In this document: positions 38,066 to 49,635 of the stretch, piece by piece
Layout: every line of letters starts with the position of its first letter
Numbering within the stretch: position 1 is the stretch's first letter
NCBI RefSeq assembly: GCF_001194135.2
Contig: NC_069003.1
Coordinates: 22,413,707 to 22,477,706 of the forward strand
From: Octopus bimaculoides
Taxonomy: Eukaryota
Direction: 5' to 3'
Length of the DNA stretch: 64,000 bases
Made by a program: the position numbers and the translations under genes
The notes under the pieces: generated by a model
Told to the model about the DNA's origin: nothing
Databases searched by the model: none
What the model saw: only the letters and a program-made list of their open reading frames with translations

Positions 38066-38469
38066 TGTGTGTGTGTGTGTGCGTGTGTTTTCTATTCATT
38101 ATCACTTACTTTGTGTGTGAGAGGACATTTTGTTGTTGTAAAGTCCTGGGTCATCTCTGGTCAAGTAGACTTCTAATTAAAGGGTATTCCAACCATAACA
38201 ATCCTGACCTTTTTTAGAAATAATGCCTTTCCCAGTTTAACACCACCATTTCACTTACCCCTTAAATGCTGTCGAAGTGTCAACTCTGTTACAAACATTA
38301 CAGCATAATGTCTAGTTGATATCTTGAACCTATGAATTGTGGTTTCTTCTCCTAAGTCTCTACAAAGGTCATTGGAACTGAACTTCTGTTTCTGGTTAAA
38401 CTGTAACAATTTTAGGGCTACATTCTTCAATGTATATCCTTCATTGTCCCTTGTTTGTTCCACATTTAG

Positions 38470-38995
38470 TCTAATGCAGAGAATTTAAGTAAAGAGCCAG
38501 TTGAATTTAGATGGGAGAAAGATAGGGAGATATGAGTACAGAATTGGTGTGAAGTACTTGCATAAAGAAGTATTGAGCACTTAAAGTGGTGGGAAGTTGT
38601 GGAAGAAGGAGACCCAGGAAGACATGGGACGAAATATTGAAGGTTGATTTCAAAATGCTGAACCTTAGGAAGGAGATGACAGAGGATCGAGATATGTGGT
38701 ACATTGCTGTACTTGAGAAGAGCTGCCCGCCACAACAGAACTGAGGCCCTAAAATCAAGGTGCTACATAAAAAGCATTGGTGTGAGTGCAGGTTCCATGT
38801 AAAAATTACTGGTGATGGTGCCATGTAAAAAGCACCCAGTACACTGTGGAGTGGTTGGCATTAGGAAGGGCATCCAACCATAGCAACCAAGCCAAAACAG
38901 CCTATGGAACCTGGTGCTACCTCTGGCCTTACCAGTTCCTGTCAAGCCGTCCAACCCATGCTAGCATGGAAAATAAGACATTAAATGATGATAAT
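38470..38995 (+). mobile_element. 5'-truncated RTE LINE: ORF end joined to terminal module and (GAT)n
   Basis: CGRRRPRKTWDEILKVDFKMLNLRKEMTEDRD.W followed by gttggcattaggaagggcatcc...catgctagcatgg..atgatgataatgat. Confidence 0.8.
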
Positions 38996-39439
38996 GATTG
39001 ATAAAGACAAACATAATAAAGCATCATCCTGTGCTTCAGAGCACATTAATTAGAGGAAGATTAATGATGAAGTAATTAGATTGAAACAGGGTTTTGTTGG
39101 CTCCCTGTCTGATTCCTCCTCAGTAAAAGCTATGCATAGTGAAGCTGATGGTGAAAAATTTTTTTTTCTTGATTTTTTTTTTTTTTTTTTTAAGGTGATA
39201 GAAAATCTGTTATAAACACTGGACCAAGAGATCTACATGATTGAGCAAATGTTTTCTTATAGAAAAATCAAGTATGGTTGGGTTAGGGTTGTAAAAGACT
39301 TGGTTTAAATTTGTTGGGTAAATAAGTTGTGTTAAATTACGCAAAAATGGTGATTAAAATGTGGGCGAGAGTGGGGGGAAATGGTGAGAAGGAAATTTAA
39401 AAAAAAAAGGATAAATAGATTAAACATGTCCTGAATTGA

Positions 39440-39830
39440 TAAGAAGCTTGCTTCTCAACCACATGGTTCCAGGTTCAGTCCTACTGCGGGTCACCTGGGG
39501 CAAGCGTTTTCTACTATAAACTTGGGCTGACCAAAGCCTTGCAAGTGGACTCGGTAGACAGAAAGAAGTTCATTGTATCTATGTATGTATGTGCACGTGT
39601 GTGTGTGTCTTTGTTTCTGTCTTTGTCCTCCATCACCATTTGACATTTGGTGTTGGTTTGTTTACATCCCCATAACTTAACAGTTTGGCAGAAGGGTCCA
39701 ATAGAATAAGTACCAGGCTTTAAAAAAAAGAAAGAAAAAGTACTGGGGTCAATTCATTTGATTAAAAGTTTTTCAAGGCAATGCCCCCAGCATGTCCACA
39801 GCCCAATGGCTGAAACGAATTAAAGATAAA
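39440..39830 (+). mobile_element. SINE family B
   Basis: aagaagcttgcttctcaaccacatggttccaggttcagtcc..gaccaaagccttg..aagtaccaggc. Confidence 0.75.
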
Positions 39831-40045
39831 AGATATATGAAATATATTTTGCTTTGGTATGACTATGTATATAAGAAAGATTGGCCCGTGGAGAATTGAT
39901 TTTGCTTTTCTATGAGAGAATATTTCCATAATTGTCAATGGTCAATGTAGTTGTGTGAATAACTAGTTGGTGTTACTTTACCTCTGGTCTTTATTTTAAA
40001 AATATAGATTAAATTTTCTTAAAATGTATTCTCTTATTATTCCAG

Positions 40046-40188
40046 AACATACTGAACAGATAATTGATAAAACCGAGACTAATTTAGTAGCTCTACGTTG
40101 TACTATATATCTTACTATCCAGTCGAGTGTTGACTTTGAAGAATGTGCTCACAAATTACTTAAAATGGATCTCAAACCAGGACAAGAG
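40046..40188 (+). CDS. CWC22: CWC22 exon 10 (MA3 start)
   Basis: tccag|AA CAT; [48 protein letters not shown]; |GTATAT. Confidence 0.96.
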
Positions 40189-41054
40189 GTATATTGTTTT
40201 TGTTGTTGTCATCATCACTGCTGCTGTTGTTGTTGTTTATAACCTTAGCTATAGTTGAACAGACATGTAGTACACATGTAGTCATTTAAATACCTTTAAA
40301 AGATCTAGCATCACCCACATGTCATACTTTAGTCTTGTCCGTCACTACACTTTCCATGTTATCATGTAAATCAAATTTTAATTTGTTAAGAAAGAAAAAC
40401 AAAACAGACAAGTAAAGATGTGGTATATATAGCTATTAAGTTTGCCTCACAAATGCATGGTCTTGACCCTGGTTCAATCTCACTGCATTGCTCTTTGGAC
40501 AACTGTCCTCTTCCATTGCTTTGTGACATCCAACACTTTGTGGGTGGGATTTGGTTAGCAAAAGCTAAGTAGAAGCCTGTTGTGAGTGAGTGAGAGAGAG
40601 TGTGTGTGTGTGTGTATTGCCAAGGGTAACAGATCCAGAATGACATCAGGCAAAAATACTTTATGGTATCTGGGTGTCACAGCATGTCCACAATCCAGTG
40701 ACTGAAGAAATTATTGTAATAGAATACATGTAAGGTCAGTTAAGGTACTGGATTTAACAATTACAAGAGAAAGGGTTATGATCACTGACTACTGTTTTAT
40801 TTTGGTAACGTGGTTGTATGACCATACTGTTAACTATGTGGTCATCCTACTACTACTGGTAATTGTGTTGGGTCTCAGTTTGGCCAACAACTGGATCTAG
40901 TTTACAGTTGAGTGTTTATTAATAGAAAGTGCATCTACTGTAAAAAGAAAAGGCCTGTCTTAACTTCATGTTAATGCCCAACTTTTTCAAAGTCATAATA
41001 GAATAATGTAAGTAAATTCTTTCATTTATTTTTAAATTGCTTTCCTTCTTTCAG

Positions 41055-41132
41055 ATTGAGCTGTGTAACATGATTCTTGATTGTTGTGCCCAAGAGAGAA
41101 CGTATCAGAAATTCTTTGGATTACTGGCACAG
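41055..41132 (+). CDS. CWC22: CWC22 exon 11
   Basis: ttcag|ATT GAG; [26 protein letters not shown]; |GTATTG. Confidence 0.97.
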
Positions 41133-41667
41133 GTATTGTAAGACGGACTATGTCTAGTTACTTCTAATTTAAATTCCCATCTAAATCAATGTCTTTTGTA
41201 TTTTTGAAACCTCTACTCAAGAAGACCCACTACAACAGAATTGAGATCCTAAAACCAAGGTACCGCATAAAAAGGATTGGTGTGAGTTCTGGTGCCATGT
41301 AAACAGCACTGATGATGATGCCATGTAAAAAAGCATTCAGTACACTCTGTAAAGATAGTTGGCACTAGGAAGGGCATCCAGCTGTAGAAACCAAGCCAAA
41401 ACAGACTTTGGAATCTGGTGCAGACCCTGGCCATACCAGTTTCTGTCATGCCATCCAACCCATACCTGCATGGAAAACAGACATTAAATGTTGGTGATGA
41501 TATCGCAATGTTCTCTTTTTAATTATTTATTTCACCAAATATGAAAGTTTCAGCTGTCTAAGTGTGTGCATCACTTGCAAGTGGAAAGTGCTACGTCCAT
41601 TGCCAATACACTAGTTGGATCAATCAGTTAGCTACAAACTAGTATGATGGTATGCATGGAGTATTAA

Positions 41668-41878
41668 TCCTTTGGCATTTACACCAGTCATATCCAGCCC
41701 AAATATTCTACCTGTTTTATCTTCAAATTGGTCAGATGTGACCTCTCACACCTACCCTACAGTGTCATTTTACAAATAAATAAATAATCACCTCATCAAA
41801 ATCTCAAAGCGTGATAAATATGAAATAATGTGAATACATAAGCATTACATTTGGCTGAGTAATCTGAATGCTAAAGGG
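41668..41878. mobile_element. piggyBac-type MITE (other copies 27480-27640 partial, 52974-53189, 60205-60424)
   Basis: TTAA|(t/c)cctttg/agcatt ... aatgctaaaggg|TTAA. Confidence 0.8.
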
Positions 41879-42673
41879 TTAATTTTTGTTGAGAATGCTA
41901 CACTAATGGATAAATGCTTTGTTAGCTTATGGTGCTGTGTTCAATGTTTTCTGTGCGCATAACTTAGACGGTCACCGAAGTGACTTTACATAGCTACCCT
42001 GCGTAATGTTGAGGGGTAATCTTTAGCACCTTCTATGATAACGTGAATTGTGAGACTTGCAAAGAACTGGTGATTCTCTTTATGAAGTATTTATCTAATT
42101 ATCATCATCTGATCTTCAATGTTCTCTGTCAAACACCTGCATATTACTAACATGTGTTCTTTCCAGACATTTCAGGTGTTCAACCGTCACTTTCACTCAC
42201 ATATCATACACATTACAGTCTCGCCAACACAACAACTTTTCTGCCTTCTTTGACATACAACATTGCATCTGTGATAGGTGACATATGGCAATGAAGGTAA
42301 CTGACTGTGATTGAAGAGATTGATGATTTATCGTCACTGTCATGACACTGCCTCTCTGACAGACATTTTAAAACCTCTTCAGTCACACCAGACCACTACA
42401 CTGCCTATCATACAATATTATTTGATTTGTATAGCTCTGATTTATTCTAGCTCCTGTACCTTTATCATCATGCAGTGTCGTTTTGTTCTCTCTCACACAT
42501 AAGTATTACAACAGTCTACAAACTCAGACAGCTGAAACTCTCACACTCAGCATATAGTCTTTCACTTCACATCAATTTTTCCTGCCCCCTTTCCATACTA
42601 TGAAACTGTGTCTTTTCTTCACAATTCAACCAGACTTGTTGCATATTTCTCTATTTTACTCTTTCATTTTCAG

Positions 42674-42826
42674 AGATTCTGTATGGTTGATAAAAAATAT
42701 GTTGACCCATTCCAACAAATCTTCAAACAACAATACGAAACCATTCACCGTTTAGACCCCGACAAATTTAGAAACGTTGCAAAGTTTTTTGCTCACTTAC
42801 TGCACACTGATGCAATTTCTTGGCAG
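42674..42826 (+). CDS. CWC22: CWC22 exon 12
   Basis: ttcag|AGA TTC; [51 protein letters not shown]; |GTAAGT. Confidence 0.97.
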
Positions 42827-43384
42827 GTAAGTACAGTTACCATAGCAACAGGGGATAAGTATGCACCTGAAGAAACAACGTAGCTCTTGAATTATGTGTA
42901 TTGCAGGTGTGTATGTTTGGGAAAATTGTTGGTAGTGATAGTTTAAAAGGAAAATGGAACTTTATGCGTATGTGTCTGTGTGTGTGTGTGTGAATGTAAG
43001 GTCTTGAGTTGGGTAAACTAGATCTGTGATCATCATTTTAAATGTTGACCTGTGACCTACAATATGTATTGATCTATGATCAATAATATTTATTGACCTG
43101 TGATCAACAATATATCTGTTGAAGCTTTATTTTTCTTCTTCTTCAAATTAAAGCTCCGTGACGATATGGCCATCCTCACTCTGCAAGTGTGATGCAATAT
43201 TCAGTTTGAAATTATTGTTGGTTCTGGTTTAGTTTGTTTTCTTAATCTAAATACTGAGTGTTGTATTCTGTGTTTTCAATCCACTTGCCTGGAGGCGTTT
43301 GTGGTTCTGTAATTGCTAATTAGAATTCAGATTCACACCTGACTAGTGACATTGTTGTTTTACAACTGAATATTACTTCAAGGT

Positions 43385-43530
43385 AATATTTAGCCCCACT
43401 TAAAAGTGGTCCTTTGCTAGCGATATAAATAAACAAGAGTGCATTTATATTATGCACCAAAAACCAATAGAAGAGTCTCTCCCCTGGTAACTACCATAGT
43501 ATTCTGGGTTCTATCTGAACATCCACCGAA

Positions 43531-43619
<89 letters not shown>

Positions 43620-44065
43620 CCATTTCTTCTCCTTTCCCAATCATCCAAAATTCACTCAGCATATAGTCTTTTACTTCACATCAATTTTTCCTGTCCTCCT
43701 TCCATACAATATATTACCTTTTAGTATTAATACTGCTTCTGTCTTAATTATTTTATTAATAAGCCCACTGATTATTCATGCCACTAACTCCTGTTCTGGC
43801 ACTGTGATTCTATATATTGCCAGTGGAAACACATTACTGCTATCTCTAGCATCTGAGCATCCACCATTGATAAGGCCATGGAAAGCTGAAATCATGTGAT
43901 CTGGTGATCTCAGCACTGGTGGTGGTGGATGATTTTATCTGCTCGTTAGTGATATAAACAAGTGTGTTTATGCACCAAAAGCCAATATGAGAATTTCTCT
44001 CATGGTAACTGCTGCAGTATTTTGTGTTCTAACAGAACATTGACTTTTAAGTGGTGCTAATTATT
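43385..44065 (-). repeat. Copies of the unclassified repeat seen at 1113-1720, bounded by a 17-bp inverted repeat
   Basis: tagccccacttaaaagt (43391-407) vs acttttaagtggtgcta (44043-59), 1 mismatch. Confidence 0.6.
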
Positions 44066-44596
44066 AATTTTTATGTATTAATACTGTCGCTATTAATTAT
44101 TTTCTACAATATTACTTCATTTGATATTGCTGCTGTAATAATATAATGTTGGCTACACAACACAAAAGCTGAGAATTCTAAATCTTGTTATAGCCTGTTG
44201 GTATATTCTCCGTTTTTGCACATTTTACCTGGCCAACTACTTAAAGTGAACACCTGCTTTTGAAAATGATTGCTTCCAAGATGTGTGGGTGTCCTTAGAT
44301 TCAAGCATGACTGAATGGTTAAGCAGTTTACTTTGCAACCATGTGGTTGTGGGTTTCATCTCACTGCTCATTCAAGAGCAAGTTGTTTTCTATGACAGCC
44401 TCAACAAGTTCATCAGTTACTTTGTGACTGGTATGTGGTATACAGGAGTACACTCTATGTGTTTGTGTGTCAGTTAGTGATACATCACCACCACCAGTCA
44501 AAATAATTGGTGTTTTATCAAAAGGGTAACTTAGCTAATTGATAAAATGAATATCAGACAGAAATAAGTTTTGGGGGCTGTTTAAAAGAGTTAAAC

Positions 44597-44987
44597 CAGA
44601 AGTTCCCAACATCAGCAATACTTCCCCCAAGAATTAGGGGACAGTGAGGTTACATAATTAACATATTAGATTTTACCTATAGCAGTAATTATATGTGATA
44701 AAACTAGTAATGATTATTAAAATGAAATGAGATCTCGTCAGGCAGACAGAATTCATTAACTTGCAAAGTATAAAGTAAATTTACAACTTGTGTCTTTATT
44801 AATCTTTTTATCATTTCTTTGTTAAAAGCTTATACAATCCATTTTTAGAGTAAAATTTATAAATTATCACCCATTATAAATTAGTTTAGTCATGATACCT
44901 CACTAGCCACATAAGTGTGTGCTAGGCATAAGAATTACTTAAGGGGTGGGGTAGGGCTCTACAAAGAAGAAAGGTTAAGAACCACTG
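44597..44987. mobile_element. Degenerate hAT-type MITE
   Basis: cagaagttcccaac ... gttaagaaccactg; flanks agttaaac/ggctaaac (6/8). Confidence 0.55.
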
Positions 44988-45404
44988 GGCTAAACAAACC
45001 CTTGAAGGTGGTACCCCCCGCTGGGCTGCAGCTACTGCCAACTGACAAAGCCCCCCATAGAAGAATATACTTATGCTATCATAGTTATTGTGCAATAAAA
45101 TAATAATAATAATAATAATATTTTCTAAGTGAAGCACATGGTTACACATTTTGAGATAGTCTGATCAAATTAATTATCCCTCTTTTAATTCCTAATTTTA
45201 TTGAATTTCATAACATGAATCAGTCTAAATATAGCACTACCAAAATTGTCTCTGGTAGTGATTGAACTCGAAACACTACTGTCAGTAATAATAATAATGG
45301 TATGACAGGCTCTCTGTGCAGTCTAAAGTAGTGGCCAGATCTCTTGCTGGCCTGGGTTTAAATAATAATAATAATAAAGCATGCTGTTTTATTCCTCATT
45401 TTAG

Positions 45405-45532
45405 GTAATGTCTTGTATCAAACTAAGTAAAGAAGACACATCATCTGCCAGCAGAATATTCCTCAAAATCCTATTCCAAGAGCTTTCAGAATATATGGGT
45501 TTGCCGAAATTGAATTACAGATTTAAAGATCC
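45405..45532 (+). CDS. CWC22: CWC22 exon 13
   Basis: tttag|GTA ATG; [42 protein letters not shown]; cc|GTGAGT. Confidence 0.96.
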
Positions 45533-46230
45533 GTGAGTAAATTTTTCTTTTAATTAAAGATTTTGCTTGAAGTTTAATATAATGTAACAAAATGCTCTCC
45601 TATTTGTAGATTGTATATCTCTGTAACTACTCCCCTAACCATCAGTCCATTACTATACAGTGATTTCCTGTGTCAAAGGTAATAAAGGGAAAGGATAGTG
45701 AAAAGGCTAGTTAATGAATGTTTTGTTAGCTTGGTGTGCTGGTTTCAATTCTTGCTCTGGATATTGTTTAGTCAGAAACTCTCTGTCGACACACAACACA
45801 AAGTTGTGGGTAGGTTATGAGTTGTGAACCATTGTTTCTTGTTCTGACATTTATGTCTTACTACCTGCTTTTGATCTCCTTCCTTTACTGTTCATTAGTA
45901 TCATAACAAACCAACAAACAAGGCTCTGCATGCTGGCTCCTCTTGCTAAAATAGCAGCTAAATCATACACTCAATTCACACCATATCATCTGAAAAGGAA
46001 AGACGTTTAGTTATGTAATCCAAGATACACAACTAAAATAAGAAAAGTAAACAAGTTGATTGCAGTTGGCCTTTTTTCATATCTTCTGGATCAAAACTAA
46101 ACTGACATCCAACAACAACAGTATATGTTCTGTTAAACAAAGCAGTACAATCCATCTCTCTCTCTTTTTTTTTTTTTAGCCAGATTTTGATGTCTACAAA
46201 TATCTCCTTTCTCTTTTTCTCCTCTTTCAG

Positions 46231-46332
46231 AACGTTACAGCCCTATTTTGAAGGAATAATGCCAAGAGATGTTCTTAAGAATACGCGATTTGCTATTAAT
46301 TTCTTTACAACCATTGGTCTTGGTGGTTTGAC
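46231..46332 (+). CDS. CWC22: CWC22 exon 14
   Basis: ttcag|A ACG; TLQPYFEGIMPRDVLKNTRFAINFFTTIGLGGL; ac|GTAAGT. Confidence 0.97.
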
Positions 46333-46839
46333 GTAAGTATTTCTAAATATTAAATTTATTGTGCAACAAGAAGAAGATATTTAATCTTTGATAATTGATT
46401 TTAATTAATGACACAAGAAGTTTATCCACTTTGTGGATTTTTATTTGTTAGTCTGTTGTACATCCATTTTTTTTTTCCCATCGTTGCATATATGTTTCTT
46501 TTTTTCTTTAATGTTTCTTTATCCAATGAGGAAATTATTATTATCATCATCATTATTATTATTATTATTATTATTATAATCATTATTACTATTATTATTC
46601 CCTTTTGTATTTGGTTTGCAAGATTCTTGATGTGAATTCATGTGTTGAGATTCAGGGCAGACTTTGAAGAAAGCGAGCATGTCGATGAAGAGGTTGCAAA
46701 TAGCAACGGAAGAACTTTGACTAATAAACAACTGGTTGATTGTTTAACCATCACATTAAACAAAAGATCAATTTGTTAGTTGGTTAGATATTTAACGAGT
46801 TGATTAACACGAAAGAAGTGATATTGAACCAGTGCATAT

Positions 46840-47375
46840 CATGCATTTTGGGATCAATAAAATAAGTACCAGTTGAGTACTGGGGGATTGGTGTCGTTGA
46901 CTTAACTTCTCCCCCAAAATTTCAGGCCTTGTGCCTTTAGTAAAAAGGATTCTTATTATTATTAAAGCGGTGAGCTGGCAGAATCGTTAGCATGCCAGGC
47001 AAAATGCTTAATGGCATTTTGTCTGTGTTCATGTTCTGAGTTCAAATTCCACCAAAGTTGACCTTGTGTTTCATCCTTTTCGGGATTAAGAAAATAAGTA
47101 CCAGTGAGACATTGCTGTTAATATAATTAGCTTAACCCCACTTTCCCAAGTGTGTTGGCCTTGTGCCAAAATGTGAAATCATTAGCTTGTCAGGTAAAAT
47201 GCTTAGTGGCATTACATCTGTCTTTATGTTGTGAGTTCAAATTCCACCAAGGTCAGCTTTACCTTTCATCCCTTCGGAGTCGATAAATTAAGTAACAGTG
47301 AAACACTAGGGTTGACATAATTGACTTGTACCATCCCCCAAATCTCAGGCCTTGTGCCTATAGTAGAAAGGATTA
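46840..47375 (+). mobile_element. Three SINE family A copies/fragments
   Basis: ~46840-46950, ~46966-47180, ~47193-47375. Confidence 0.78.
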
Positions 47376-47419
47376 TTATTACTGGTGTTATGATCCTCCC
47401 AAGACAAAACATTATTATT

Positions 47420-47770
47420 CAGTAGTTTTATTTTTATAACGTGCTTTCACTTCACTACCGAGCGCAGCTCTGTGTGCCTTGGGTACGTGCTGTGGTTTGC
47501 TGTGATGCTCTTATGGTTACTGTATTGAAAGTGTTTTGCGTAGGATGTGTGCAGTGCCCAGTAGTGCAATTTTCTGTATGTTATATATACTTGTAAGTCC
47601 TGCTGTTTTTGTTATGTATTTGTCTGAATGTTTTTTAATTATACCTAAGGCACCTACTATGATAGGAATTGTTTCTGTTTTTAGATTCCACATTTGAGTT
47701 ACCTCTATTTCCAGGTTTTTGTATTTTGAAAGTTTCTCCATTTCTTTTAGGGAAACGTTGTCATCTGCTG
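47420..47770 (-). mobile_element. R4/Dong-type LINE 3' end in (TAA)n, just upstream of exon 15
   Basis: Closely matches 35216-35560 (MEKLSKYKNLEIEVTQMW...ILRKTLSIQ*). Confidence 0.88.
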
Positions 47771-47802
47771 TATTATTATTATTATTATTATTTATTTTTC
47801 AG

Positions 47803-48324
47803 TGATGACCTTCGGGAACACCTGAAGAATATGGCAAAGGTAGCTCTGCAGCAAAAGCAGCAGGAGCCTAGCATGAACTCTCCAGCATCTGGCACTGAAG
47901 ACAGCTCATCGGACAGCAGCAGCGACAGCTCAGACAGTTCTTCGGACAGCAGTGGCAACAGTTCCGACAGCAGCAGTGGCAGCTCAGACAGCACCCCTGC
48001 CGACAAAGCAGAGACAACGGTGAAGAAAAAGAAGGTTCTCACCAAGAAACGGCCTGTTGCCAAGGACAGTGCAGGAGCAAACAGCAAAACCAGCAGCAGC
48101 AGCCACAACAACAACAACAAATTGGTCACTGTCAGCAACAACATCAGCAGCAAGAAGAAAAAGAAGAATCAGAGTAGCAGCAGTAGTAGCAGCGGCAGCA
48201 GCAGCAGTGGCAGCAGCAGTAGTAGCAGCAGCAGCAGTGAAAGTAGCAGTAGTAACAGTAGTAGTAGCAGCAGCAGTGACAGTGATGATAGCTTGAGTAG
48301 CAGCAGTAGTAATGGTAGCAGCAG
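47803..48324 (+). CDS. CWC22: CWC22 exon 15 (end of core plus Ser/Asp and Lys tracts)
   Basis: ttcag|T GAT GAC; DDLREHLKNMAK then poly-Ser; ag|GTAAGA. Confidence 0.93.
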
Positions 48325-48469
48325 GTAAGATGGCATTGATGTTGCCGTTGTTTAACACCAGACCAGTCCTTGTGATAAAAGCTGTTCCATATGTGACCAC
48401 CCCATTTGCTGTTGGTTTTTTTATTTTTTNNNNNNNNNNTTTTTAATTTTTTTTTTTTGTTTTTGTAAG

Positions 48470-48780
48470 CAGTAACTGGTGCTTTGTCAGTTACGATGAC
48501 AGGGGTTCCAGTTGATCCGATAAACAGGGCAGTCTGCTTGTGAAATTAACATGCAAATGGCTAGGTGCTCCACAGACACATGTGTACCCTTAGCATAGTC
48601 CTCAGGGAGATTTAGTGTGACACAATGTGGCAAGGCTGGCCCATTGAATTACAAGTACTACTCATTCTTGCCAACTGAGTGGACTGGAGCAATGTGAAAT
48701 AAAGTGTCTTGCCCAAGAACACAAAGTGCTGACAGGTATTGAACTCATGACCTTGTGAGCTGAATACCCTAACCACTTAT
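48470..48780 (-). mobile_element. SINE family D
   Basis: Reverse complement of the 28745/29355 type (aagtgtcttgcccaagaacac..gaactcatgacc). Confidence 0.7.
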
Positions 48781-49570
48781 CCACATGCCTTCACTAAAGC
48801 AGTAGGGTAGGATTGAAAGCAATTTGACTGCTATTTCTAGCAGGTTGGGTGACTGTAGAGAGACACTCTCTTGGTTTGAATCTACAGGTAAGATGTTGAG
48901 AAGGGCAAGAATTGATGGAATCAGTGTGAAAGACAAAATGCCTTTAATGCACCCCTTGAGGTTGGCTGGTTGGTACAACACTACCACAACAGTGAACTAG
49001 AATTCTCCCACACACACACAACATTAACACCTCTTCATTCATTACTTCGCTTTCAAACAGATGTGGCTGTGAGGTAAGGAGCTTGCCTTCCAACAGCATG
49101 GTTCCAGGTTCGGGTTCAGTCCCACTGCATGGCACTTTAGGCAGGTGTCTTCTACTATAGCCTCAGGCCAACCAAAACCTTGTGGGTGAATTTGGCAGAT
49201 GGAAATGGAAAGAAGCAGATATAAATATCATCATCATTGTTTAATGTCCACTTTCTATGATGGTATGGGTTGGACAGTTTCACTGAGGACTGGCAAGCCA
49301 GCAGGCTGCACCAAGCTCCAATCTGATCTGGCAAGGTTTCTACGGCTGGATGCCTTTCTAACACTAACCACTCCAAGTATGCAGTGGGTGCCTTTTATGT
49401 GCCACCGGCACGGGGGCCTGTCAGGTGGCACTGACATTGGCATGGCTGCAGTCTAATGACTGAAACAAGTAAAATGTGTATGTGTGTGTGTATATATATA
49501 TATAATGGATAATAAAATGAATGGTAGCTTACTGGTAAATTCTCGTATCTTCCATCTTCCGTCTTTCATT

Positions 49571-49635
<65 letters not shown>

